From Convolutriloba macropyga (Eukaryota), in the NCBI RefSeq assembly GCF_964194025.1, contig NC_134470.1, positions 53,010,001 through 53,074,000 on the forward strand: DNA of 64,000 bases, in the 5' to 3' direction. Numbering within the stretch: the first letter of the stretch is position 1; every line of letters begins with the position of its first letter. The notes under the pieces were generated by a model that worked only from the letters and a program-made list of their open reading frames with translations, did not search any database and had not been told where the DNA came from. Shown in pieces: positions 25,943 to 37,100 of this stretch. A program made the translations under genes and the position numbers.

Positions 25943-26371
25943 GAGAAAAAATTGCACTCCGTTAGACTTTACCTGTTTGAAAGAAATAAAAAATGGAACT
26001 CAAAGATTGCGAAACCAGAAAAAAATACACGATTAGAGTTTGAAGAGTTTTTTTTATTTAAATTCAAATATTTAAACTGAAATAAAAAACTCTTCCAACT
26101 CTAATCGTGAATTTTTTCTGGTTTCGCAATCTTTGAGTTCCATTTTCTATTTCTTTCAAACAGGTAAAGTCTAACGGACTGCACTTTTTTTCTCTAAGTG
26201 AGCTGGAAATGATTCGAATCAGAGCTACAATTGAGCTTCTTGAACTTCATTTACAAATTTAATATATATTAAGTTTATAAATGAAGTTCAAGCAGCTCAA
26301 TTGTAGCTCTGATTCGAATCATTTCCAGCTCACTTAGAGAAAAAACTGCACTCCGTTAGACTTTACCTGTT
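25943..26371. repeat. Two overlapping long palindromes (25943-26194 and 26160-26371)
   Basis: Arms are near-perfect reverse complements, centred at about 26069 and 26265. Confidence 0.92.
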
Positions 26372-27006
26372 GTGTAGCTCTGAGTCGAATCATTTTCAGC
26401 TCACTTTGGAAAACACATGGAACAGGATTAAAGATTACTCATGAAGGGAAGAAGAGGGGGTGAGTTTGAGGAGGAGAGTGGGTTGACAGCAGGGACCGCT
26501 CCTCCCACCAAAGAAAGCTCATAAAACATTGAATAAATAGTTTAACTATAATGCAAATTAAATACCGTTAGACCTCATTTTGTCGTTTCAAGGCTAAGCA
26601 ATGTCATTGTGAAAACAATTCTTTAATTTGTATTGAATAAAAGCTTAAATTTAAGTGGGGTATTTCACTGCAAATTTGATATAAATTGCTAGAACATAAT
26701 TAGAAGCTTTGGATAATAAAATAAATCTATGAAACGAAAACTTAACGATTAACGCTGGTCGAATTTCTCTCAAACGACCGGCGAGTGGTATGCATTGCTG
26801 GTAGCCAGCTGAGGATTGGGGGTGCTAGCATTAGATGGTGGTGACCGGCGTGTGTGTGGGAGGGGCAGGGTTGCGAGGGATGGATGAGAGGGGATTAAAA
26901 TCAACAGCTGAAGTAGGGCGTTGAGGAGGAGGGGAGGGGGGGGGGTGGTAAGCGGGGGACTGAGGAGCGTCACACTATTAAGATCAAGAAACACGTTTAG
27001 TACAGT

Positions 27007-27136
27007 TTCAATTAGCCTAAATCATGTTTTGGTGAACTTTGTCATCACTTAAGCTCGGACTTAGTTATAGATCTATGTCTAAGTCAGAGCTTAATTGATG
27101 ACAAAAGTTACCAAACCATGATTTATGCTCATTGAA
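27007..27136. repeat. ~130-bp imperfect palindrome (foldback/MITE-like)
   Basis: Centre atagatctat; arms taaatcatg...tcatcacttaagctc / gagcttaattgatga...catgattta. Confidence 0.8.
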
Positions 27137-27471
27137 TATCTACCTGTGGAAAACAATAGGAAAAATTGGTTTATTATATTTAAGAGACTATTTAAAAGCG
27201 TCTATTTGTCACGGAACGTTGATTGTTCTAGATCTTTTTAAAATTCGCTAATGATTTCATTTGGGACCTTCATTAACTATATGGTCTTGCTGCAGGTGGT
27301 AGCGTATTAGCCATCAAAAAGCACCAATGAAGTTTATTTGGAATTTGATTAATCCTTTTTTTTGCTGGCACTAGAATGTGTAATTACTACAATATATTGC
27401 GATCTATTGAATTTCTTTGAACATCCGGATGAGCATGTCACAGATTAGTTAAAACATTTGGATGGAATTTA

Positions 27472-27610
27472 CCCTAGTTGGAAAAAAAGTACAATGTATC
27501 GTCTTACAAGAATTTCTTCCAAAATCTTTGTTGCGAGATCTTACAAGACAAACTTTTTCTTGCAAGAATCTTTGAAGATCTTATAAGATAAATTTTGCCC
27601 TCGACTAGGG
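27472..27610. mobile_element. Small MITE with TA target duplication
   Basis: TA-ccctagttg ... cgactaggg-TA; internal tcttacaaga-type repeats. Confidence 0.7.
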
Positions 27611-28318
27611 TAGGAATTGAATAGGAATTTTTGTTTTTGTAAAATTGAAAATCTTGGGTTCAGAAAAACACAGCTAAATAGGTCTAGGGCTTCAAGAGTT
27701 GTTGTCATTTATTGTAAAATTTTTGTAAAATGAGTAACACCGATGATGTGCAGTTATTTATTTGCAACATATTCATTTTTAAACTAAGTTATGTGTATAG
27801 AGAATCGAGCTCTGATATGAAAAGCTCTGAAAGTTGAGATTTTTCTTGGAGTTTTTAAGGACCGGGAAATGTTTAATCATTATTATGTACTGTTTTAGTC
27901 CATGCAGCCTGTTTTGACTTCCTGTCCCTTGTAAGCTGATATAAGATTTCACACTATAATTTTTTTGCGGATCAGCTTTTTTTAATCGTGTACGATTCGT
28001 TGAAAACTGTTATATCCCGTTAGCATATTGATAAGGTAATGATAGCGGCTGATAGGACATATTCTGTAAGAATTGTTCATAATTTAAACGATAAAATGTT
28101 GCGAATCATTTGGGTTATCTCTGATTCTTTCGGAACTATTAATGCATTTATAGCTATTTTGGTTTGGTCTCAGTAGTTTCGCAAGGAAGATTTCGAGAAC
28201 TCGGGAAATTGGTTTGCGTGTTTCAGGAATGCATACATAAACTTGACGTCACAAAATCTGACGCAGACATTCTCAACGCAATTGCGGTAAGCGTTCTGGT
28301 GGCCGCCGTATTGACCGA

Positions 28319-29145
28319 CAGCGCGTTTAGCCGACAACCAAAAAATCAGAAATTTAGCCGACAATTTAAGCAAAATGAGCGATAAAATTTGATCTGAAGC
28401 TGTGATTGCCCAATTTAAAACATTTTGTGAAGCGGACAAATATACCGCAGTTTGTTATCAACTAGCATAACGAAGGTCAATCAGTGGTCGCAACATCATC
28501 CCCCCTCCCCCGTCGGGGGGGGGGGGGGTGGTCTTGCGGCCACGGAGAGGCCGAGTGGAGCGCCACCCATATGCACACCAAAGTTAATGGTCCACCAAAC
28601 TACTGATTCGATCTTTTCAACAATTGCCCCCCCCCCCCCCTTAGTACCTAGTAGAGAATCGCCACCCCTTCTGTGCTATACTTTACCACAATATTACTTG
28701 GCCTACACTTTGGATGGCCGAATATTAGTTTAAGCGCAATTGCGGACCGCTGTTCACGGCCATGCCTCCCACGCGCTGTGGGATGTAATCCGGAAATCGC
28801 GGGTCGGTTATCGCGGCGAAGCCGCGACGCGCGCGCACCGACCCGCCAGTCGGAAATTCTTTTCGCTTTGTATTCCGTTTCGGCTAGTTGCCATACCACG
28901 GTGTATTTTATTTTATTCCATTTAACATAGTATGTGCATGTGTGGAAAGTTATTAGTCGTCTCTGATTGGTTAATAAATAGCTCGCTTAAATTCTATTCA
29001 AGAATAGCCCCCCCTTTTTGCAGGGGGGGGGGGCAATTGTTGAAAAGATCCTACTGAATTTATGAATCAATGAGATTTTTTTGACAAATTATGATAAAAC
29101 TGTCGGCTAAATTTCTCATTTTTTCCTTGTCGGCTAAGCGCCCTG
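28319..29145. mobile_element. Non-autonomous TIR element (hAT-like CAG ends), outer member of a nest
   Basis: cagcgcgtttagccgacaaccaaaaaatcagaaatttagccgaca is inverted at tgtcggctaaatttctcattttttccttgtcggctaagcgccctg. Confidence 0.65.
28609..29051. mobile_element. Nested MITE with ~30-bp TIRs and 8-bp TSD
   Basis: gatcttttcaacaattgcccccccc ... ggggggggcaattgttgaaaagatc; TSD tactgatt / tactgaat. Confidence 0.8.
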
Positions 29146-30230
29146 GTGGCCAACTTTCCTAGCACCAAGTGTTCTACCTTGGAAATTCCAGGCAGTACAA
29201 ACCGCTGTAATCAGTACGAAAACATGCATTAAAAAATTTTAGTTCATTTTCTAATTTAACAGACTTTGCGCGGCTTGCACGTTGAGAGTGCCCAAGTGAC
29301 CTCTAAATTGACCAGCTGTATGAAAAGATCCTCAGCTGATGCGAGTTCAAGCAATGTTGCAGATACTGTGCAGACGGCCGCCGCTTTCACCCTGCTTTCA
29401 TACGGTATGTTTCATACGGGGATGCAAAATATAGTAGTATCAAAATGTGGCAGAAGCCGAAGAGTTGATTTACTTGAAAATGGCGATGACACTTGACTCA
29501 TCGTGTAGCTCATTAAAAGCCCGCATCCTCGAGATCCCTTGCAAAACTTTGCCCCGTCATAAGTTTTGTTCTATTTCCCTATTTTATTACACATTTCTTT
29601 GCCTGTTTTTCTTTGCCTCCCCACGGAAAAATTTCATGGAAACTGAACTAGAATAAGAAAAATGGCTCAAAACGCCTTTTTTTAGTGGAACATGGTGACA
29701 AATTTTGCCAGCATATTCCGCATTTTGTGTTTTGGAAATTGAGAGTTTGAGACGTGAATATGATGGCAAAGTTTGTCACCGTTTTCCAAAATTAAGCATA
29801 AGAGCATTTTTTGGTAATTTAAATGTATCTAATTAGTGTTGATATTGATAAAGTCGCAATAATCCATCATCAGAGCCAGTTGTAATTACCGCCTAGATCC
29901 GATAATATAACTTCGGATAACTATAAAAATGTTTTTCTATTAGCCGTGGGATATTTCTCAGCTTAATCAAAGTATGAATGTTTTTCATCACTCTTCGAGT
30001 CTGAAAAACATTCATACAAAAACAAATACAAACAGTCTGCTCGACCCTCCCATTTCCCTAAATTAATAATCAAGGCTTTAGTAAAATAATTTTTGATCAC
30101 TTTCCATACAGAAGCATTTTCCAGAAAATAATAGTTACTGATGACTTTTCATACAGAGGGATTTTTCTGTAATTGAATGCTACCGATCGTTTTTCGTTGG
30201 GAGAGATTTTTAAGAATTTATTAAAACAAG

Positions 30231-30390
30231 GACTCATTCTTCACCAAATGAACGCCCAGAAAACAATAGTCTACTGTTTTGCTGGCCTATTTATTAGCCT
30301 ATACCGTTTTGCCAGTTTTGGTGAACAATGACTCATTCTTCGCCAAATGAACGCCCAGAATACATTAGTTTATACTGTTTTACCAGTTTC
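30231..30390. repeat. ~99-bp tandem duplication
   Basis: gactcattcttc(a/g)ccaaatgaacgcccagaa at 30231 and 30330. Confidence 0.75.
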
Positions 30391-30553
30391 ACAAGCCAGT
30401 TGGCTCTGAAAATTTTACGAATTGTTTTTGCTCTTTCATCTAAAAATTATAATTAAGTTTTTTACATTTTAACATACATAAAAACTTTTTAACTGATTTA
30501 ACTCCTGATATGGAAACTACTCGTTTAATTTATCTGCTTGAGGTTGTTTTGTT

Positions 30554-30753
30554 NNNNNNNNNNNNNNNNNNNNNNNNNNNNNNNNNNNNNNNNNNNNNNN
30601 NNNNNNNNNNNNNNNNNNNNNNNNNNNNNNNNNNNNNNNNNNNNNNNNNNNNNNNNNNNNNNNNNNNNNNNNNNNNNNNNNNNNNNNNNNNNNNNNNNNN
30701 NNNNNNNNNNNNNNNNNNNNNNNNNNNNNNNNNNNNNNNNNNNNNNNNNNNNN
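30554..30753. other. Assembly gap
   Basis: N run. Confidence 1.
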
Positions 30754-31948
30754 ATGCACTATGTAGCTTCAATATTCCGGCAAAATCTGCCTATTTTGTT
30801 GTTTTCAAATTGTTTACTTAGTTATTATTTGTAGTTTTATGGGATTTAGCGTGGAGAAAACAAATTCCCCAAGTTGTTGAAATCAAAATATTTATTTGCG
30901 GAATCGGAGGGTCAAATTTTGTCAACAGATTTCTCAAAAAAATCCAAATTGCGATTTCCAAACAAAACTTTTGTTACCATATTTCATACTTTAAGCCATT
31001 TTAAGCAGATTCAATCTTGGGAACCAAACCATACAAAGGGTATAATGGGGGGGGGGGTTAACGTAGCATAATTGGACAGATCACCTATATTAAGTCTTTA
31101 AAAATTTAGGTGGCTCAATATGTTCTACATTTTAAACTAAGTCAGTCTTTATAGCTTTTACTTCAAGGAACGACCTGAATTTAGGTAGTTAGTGTTCAAA
31201 CCTTAAAAAAGTCAGACTTGTTAGAAATGGCTGCAAATGAGTTATGATAATGGATCATGCTTATCCGCACAGTATGAGGGGCGCTACCCAAGCCAGTGCA
31301 GATCAGACCACTTTGGGTTGCACACAGATCGCTCCACAGAATCTAACAGAACTGCCCGTGGTCTGAATGCTGTGATCAGGACTCCAGCCAGAGTCTGTAC
31401 GGTCTGATTGTGGCACTAGCTGCGGTCTGTACAGTCTGATCAGAGCCACGTCCAGAGTCTGTATAGTGTGATCATGGCGTGGTCTAGGGCCTGCGTTGCT
31501 TTATGTTGTGATCTGAATAGTCGGAACAGAGTCCTTTGCAGCGTTTTTACCGTTTGGTCTTACGTTTTTCCAGATTATGGAAAGTCTGCCCAGAACCAAG
31601 AGGTTCGACTGAAAAAAAGCTAGTCCCCAATTAAATAGGGAATTGACCTCCGATTGGACTGTTTTTTGAGGAGCACTTTTTCTTTTTTACTTGATTAACA
31701 TCAAAGACCATGCTAATGACTAAGTTTTGGTAGTTGTCGCTGAGGTGGAAATTTTTCTTTGTTAGGAACCAATGTTTTAGACTGAAGAACCTTAAAACCA
31801 TTTACATAAATTGACATCTGTTTTTCCAGAATTAGTATATTATACCAAAGATTACCGCTACTTCAACAGTTAAAAGTGTCAGTTAGTCAGGATACAACCA
31901 GTGCGCGACTGAAATGGGTCTGAAAAAACCAATGTGTGACCCAAGCTG

Positions 31949-32552
31949 TGTTGGGAATGCAAAGTAAGCTTGTATATTTAAACTAGGCAGCGAATGTTTG
32001 TAAGCGTGTATATATTTGAATTGAATAGCAAGCTATCCAGACGGCATATCGCAGACGTTAACGCACTGGACTCCAAATCCAAGGGTCGCTGGTTCAAGCT
32101 CTCGGCTACGACCAATTTGGCAAAGCAAAATCCGTTTTCTATAACATGTATCTTGAGCAGCGGACTGTTAGAGAGCGGTTTTGGGCCAAACTAGCCCTAT
32201 TTAGATTAAGATTACTTGGATATAAAAATATTAGAGTAACAAAACGCTTTGAATGGTTTAACTTTAAGGCCAAAGCAAGGCCAAATTACGTCATACATGA
32301 ACTGAATTGATTGATACTGGCCAGAAAAAGTCTATCAGGTCATGGCTAGCCTTTTTGCCGCCAGTTTTATTTTACATAAGTTCTGTTAACGTTGATATGA
32401 GAACTTCTAATGTGTCTTACGTTATGAACACAAGCTATTGATTGCATAAAGAGTCGTTTCTTGAATCTTATTCGATTAGTATTGGTTAAATAAATATTTC
32501 CCGTCTTCCGTTTTGTTAATTTGAGTTTATTGTCGCTTACAAGGCTCGAATG
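31949..32552 (+). repeat. 5' LTR of B1
   Basis: tgttgggaatgc...aaggctcgaatg; matches 40309-40903. Confidence 0.93.
32040..32114 (+). ncRNA. tRNA-derived (Trp, CCA-anticodon-like) sequence inside the 5' LTR; not a functional tRNA call
   Basis: A-box-like tatcgcagacg, anticodon arm tgga-CTCCAAA-tcca, B-box ggttcaag, ends acca; acceptor stem does not pair. Confidence 0.6.
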
Positions 32553-32617
32553 TTTGGGCCACCGCGTGAGAAAAAACCAGGACGAGGATTTTTCGTACTC
32601 TCACATCGACTTCTATC

Positions 32618-32800
32618 GGTCAGAGGCCCGGTCAACGTTGGTGAGTATTCCGTGGAGCACTATTAGTGGTTGAGTGTCCCGTGGAGTGACTTTTGCGGTC
32701 AGAGACCGAGTCAAGTTTGGTGATAATGGTCAGTGGAGCACTACTAGTGGGACAGTGTCCCTTGGAGTGATATTGACAGTCAGAGGCTTGGTCAGGTACC
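32618..32800 (+). repeat. ~80-bp diverged tandem repeat in the B1 leader
   Basis: gtcagag..gtca...gtggagcacta.tagtgg...gtgtccc.tggagtga, about 2.3 copies. Confidence 0.7.
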
Positions 32801-32950
32801 TTCAAAGTGACGTGAGGAACATAGAGATCCACAACTGTAAGATAAACCGTTGGGACTATTTTAGTAGTTGATCAGACTCTTAAACTTGGTGCTATTATTT
32901 TACACTGGCGGCACATACTTAGCCTGGATATTTCTTTGAACCCATAGCAC

Positions 32951-33478
32951 TTAGCCGAAAGCCTTCGGGTGCTCTATTGGCCGTATAACTTTGAGTGCTG
33001 ATTTAGCCGAATAACTTTGGGTGCTCAATTAGCCGAATAAATTTGGGTGCTCAATTACTCGAATAACTTTGTGTGCTCAATAAGCCGAAAAACTTTGGAT
33101 GCTCAATTAGCCGAATAACTTTGAGTGCTCAATTAGCCGAAAAATTTTGGGTGCACAATTAGCCGAATAACTTTGGGCGCTCAATTAGCCGAATAACTTT
33201 AGGTGCTCAATTAGCCGAATTACTTTGGGTGTTCAATTGGACGAATAACTTTGGGTGCTCAACTGGCCCAATAACTTTGTTTGCTCAATTAGCCGAAAAA
33301 ATTTTGGTTGGCAAATAGCCGAAAAAATCTTGGGTGCTCAATTAGCCGACAAAAATGTGGGCGTTCACTTAGCCGAGAAGTTTTTGTTTGTTCGATTAGC
33401 CAAAAAAGTTTGGGTGTTCACTTAGGCGAAAAAAATAGGGTGTTCACTTAGCCAAAAAATGTTTGAATGTTCACTTTG
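32951..33478 (+). repeat. 26-bp minisatellite (about 20 units) in the B1 leader
   Basis: Consensus ttagccgaataactttgggtgctcaa. Confidence 0.95.
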
Positions 33479-33487
33479 ACGAAGTCA

Positions 33488-34040
33488 ATGCTACTCATAG
33501 TAGTTGCTAGTTCGTTGAGCCGTATAATAAGCAAACTACGTGACCCTAGTATACACGACACTTCAATACTTCTATAGCAGAGACCGGACTCAGTTTTAAG
33601 GCCGTTAAACAGAGAAAGATTGCAATTTAAGCTTAAATTCGAGAACCCACAGGCCAGTAAAGTAATAATTTGGAACGACGCTAAAAACAAACGCTTTACA
33701 CCCCATCATAACAATAATCATTGCCCACTCTCTGCGTCTGAACTTATTCAAGAACTTTACGCAATCGGAAATAAGATAAGAGCTACTGTATGCTGTCCAC
33801 GACACGGAGCCCCAGATATTTTCGAGGCCCTGAAGCGAACAAGTTTCGTTGTGGTTCACGTCATAAAGACCTCCTTTCAAAAGCGCAAAGCCAAGGATCC
33901 TCACAGCACTGTGAGATTTCATAGCACCTGATAAAGAAGACGAGACCAAAAAGACTTAAACAGCGCCGTCAAAAAGCTCGAGCAAACAGGGCTGCCGCCC
34001 TCGAGGAGAACTCTGCTGACGAGCTGTGGCTAGCTTAAGT
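33488..34040 (+). pseudogene. Degenerate accessory ORF upstream of B1 gag, possibly SGNH hydrolase-like
   Basis: ATG right after the array; MLLIVVASSL (block I-like), TGLS after a frameshift (block II-like), VIIWNDAKN (block III-like); same position as the clear SGNH ORF of B2. Confidence 0.45.
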
Positions 34041-34189
34041 GCATGACTATAGCTTGTTTGCAGTCTTTTCCTTACTAGTGGTTGAACAGTTCTTTCGAGC
34101 CTTTAGAAAGCCACATTCTAGTCCTGTTCTCAATTCCCCATAGAATATTTGCAATACGAAACTATTGTTTGTAACAATTCCTCTTTCTT

Positions 34190-37100
34190 ATTCTTTGCTG
34201 GAAAGAGTTCTCGAAAATTCAGAATAATGTATTACATGCGCCTAATTCATTGAAAGAATTATCTAACAGTTAATACCGTTGTTCACAAGATAGAAGCTCA
34301 GGCCATGAAGTTATCTAAAGCTAGATCTAAAGCTGAATTAAGTTTAAACGACTTGTACAAGTAAAATAAAATAAAACACCCTGAAGAGCTTGAAATTTGG
34401 CTCAAAGAAGCAAGCGAAACCCTTTACAATTATGTAGCAAAAGCATGACAATATTTTGAGCTCAGTGATGAGACAATTGGTAAAGCAACGCTCCGCCGAA
34501 AAACATCAAGCTTTTGATCAAAAACTCTCTCAATCTCATCCAGCCTGATGAGAAGAGAACAGGAAATAGCAAAACTGCAACGAGAAGAGATTGAGAGAGA
34601 GTGTGTGTGAGAATGAAATCAAACTTGCCCAACAAAAGCATCAATTAGAACTAGACAAAATTAGCGAAGAGAACAGGAAACAATTATTTGACGCAGAGGT
34701 CGAAGAGATTCGGGCAATGAAATCTTCCGATGAGAAGCTTGACTGTGAGCTTGGTGATCCAACAATTATGAAAAAGTATAAATATTCGAAGCGTGTAACA
34801 GAATGGGTTGACAGCTCATTAGCAAACAATAATCTGTGTGCAACTCTTCGTTCAAACCGCGCTGAAAACGAAATGCAAGAAAATGGGTTCCTTCCAGCTC
34901 TGAACTTGTTACCAATTCAGGAAATGGATAACCACATAATGGGTCTTCGATGCTACCGAATTCAAACGCCGAACCAGATCCGTTAGTGCAGCAATGCTAT
35001 TCCTCACCGCCAAACGAAGGTAACGCGCTTTAAAACTTCGTCCCTACTCCAAGAGGAGTATCATAATTTGTTTCATTTGGAAAGTAAGACAGACAGTCCA
35101 GTCCGCAGAAATGAAATAACAATGTCACTAACCAGGCAGCTGATACGGGAGTATCAGCACCTGAACCCTCACAGTTGCCAGAACCCTCGATCTGGGCTCC
35201 AGCCCCCCGCGCAGATCCAAATTGGAATCAACCAGATTATTTTTTAGCAAACATAAACAACCCCATGTTGACAATTTTACCATCTATTACTCCTGATCAT
35301 CAGAATGTACAATACACTGTCCAATATATGCAACGCAAATTTTATCCCATGGCTAGCCACTTCCTGCCAAAAATGACTCTGTGGCATGTACCTCAACCGG
35401 CAACCGTAACTTCCTTACATCCTCAACAAGTTGAACAGCGAGTACTGCAAACAAATATGAATAAAGCAGTTGTATCCTATTCAAGTGGAGGTACAACCTA
35501 CTACAACCGAAACCCGTTATTGTCTGCAACCTTTATAGGTCAACAAAACACTTCGTTGTCATTAACGGTGCAGGAAGGTCTGTACTGGAACCAAATGCTG
35601 CCTTACGCAGCCGTGCCAATCAATTCCACTGGTCCCTTCCATTCGTATCATTCATCGGCATCAGTCGCTTTCACATGCGATAACTCTTTGAATGTTAAAG
35701 ATCTAGCCGACGCAATAGCCCCCGGTCAACTCAATCAATTACCAAAATGGAGGCTTGTGCAATATAATGCGCAACCCCTTCTTTGGCATGAGTGGATACG
35801 GCAGTTCGAAATTGCCATTGACTCTCAGAATCTCTCCGATGGAGCAAAATTAACATATTTGAAACTCTTCTATCCGGAAAAGTTAAAAAACGCATCGAGC
35901 AGTTTGCGTATAGTGGTGCATTGCATAACAATGCCATGAAAGTTCTTGAACAGAAATTCGGCCAACCCCATGCCGTAGTTGGTGCTCAGCTTGATAAGTT
36001 TAACAATTACCCACCCTTAAAGATGCAAAATTCGGAAAATGTAATTGCTTTCGCATCAGTAATATCAAGTTCAGTCGTCGTTTTCCAGTCACTGTCATAT
36101 TACGCCAATTTGCGTAGCTTACCTTTACTGAATCAAGTGGTACAAAAACTCTCGCCCAATCTTAAGAACTTCTGGTGTTCGCATATAGTGAAAAAGCTGT
36201 GGTTCAGATCTTCCTTGTTAGAGTTCAACGATTGGCTACAGGAAAAAGCGGACACACATGACCTCATGAAAGCAGTTGAATTTAAGATTAGGACAGACGA
36301 AACATCAGTTGTAACTAAAACAAAAACAACTTCAAAGGCATTGCGTCAAATTCAAAAGTTGCCGACGTTAAACAGACGAACCCGTTAACAAGAAACGGAA
36401 ACAAACTTGGATGCCCACACTGCAAGGTATATCATTCAATTTGGAAATGCCTGAAAATCAGAAATGAAAACCCAACTCAGAGAGCAAAAATTGTTGCCGA
36501 ACATAGACTATGTTTTTCCTGTCTCAATGGTTCTCGTCAGTTTAGAAATTGTCCCAACCCCCGAAAATGCAAACAACCTAGTTGCACTAGTACACATAAT
36601 ATTCTGTTACAAGGTGCCGAACGCATCTTCACTAAAAACAACGCAAAGGAACCAAGTGAAACAAAAAGCTTCGCGGATCCACAGCAGTCAACAACTATAG
36701 TTACACTCAATTCCGAAAACATCTGTCCCCTCAATCAAGACGGAAACTCATCATCTTTCCCTGCTGTGTCCGACATCAAACCTTTTACAGGTTAAGGAAG
36801 TCCACCTCAAAGGCCCCACAGTTGAAGAAACAAAAAACTTGCTGTATGTGATCCAGCCTGCCCTGCAGTCATTCGTGGATTGCGGAAGCGCTGCGGCAAG
36901 ACTCAATCTGAAAAGTTTACCTCTTAAACTAACTGTTTGTGGAACAAATGCAAAACAAACAAGTCATTGACACACTTATTACAGACGTGACAGTTAAACC
37001 GTTAGGTGATAACTCCTGTGACAGTTTCGACGTAAGTCCATACGTAAGAGACATGCTAAATGTGGGTTGTGATATTATCAATGTACCTCAATTACAGGAA

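Noticed and set aside
32040-32114. Functional tRNA-Trp gene
   Set aside because: Acceptor and T stems do not pair; kept only as a tRNA-derived sequence
32553-32570. tRNA assignment for the B1 PBS (tttgggccaccgcgtgag)
   Set aside because: Position fits a PBS but I could not match it confidently to a tRNA 3' end
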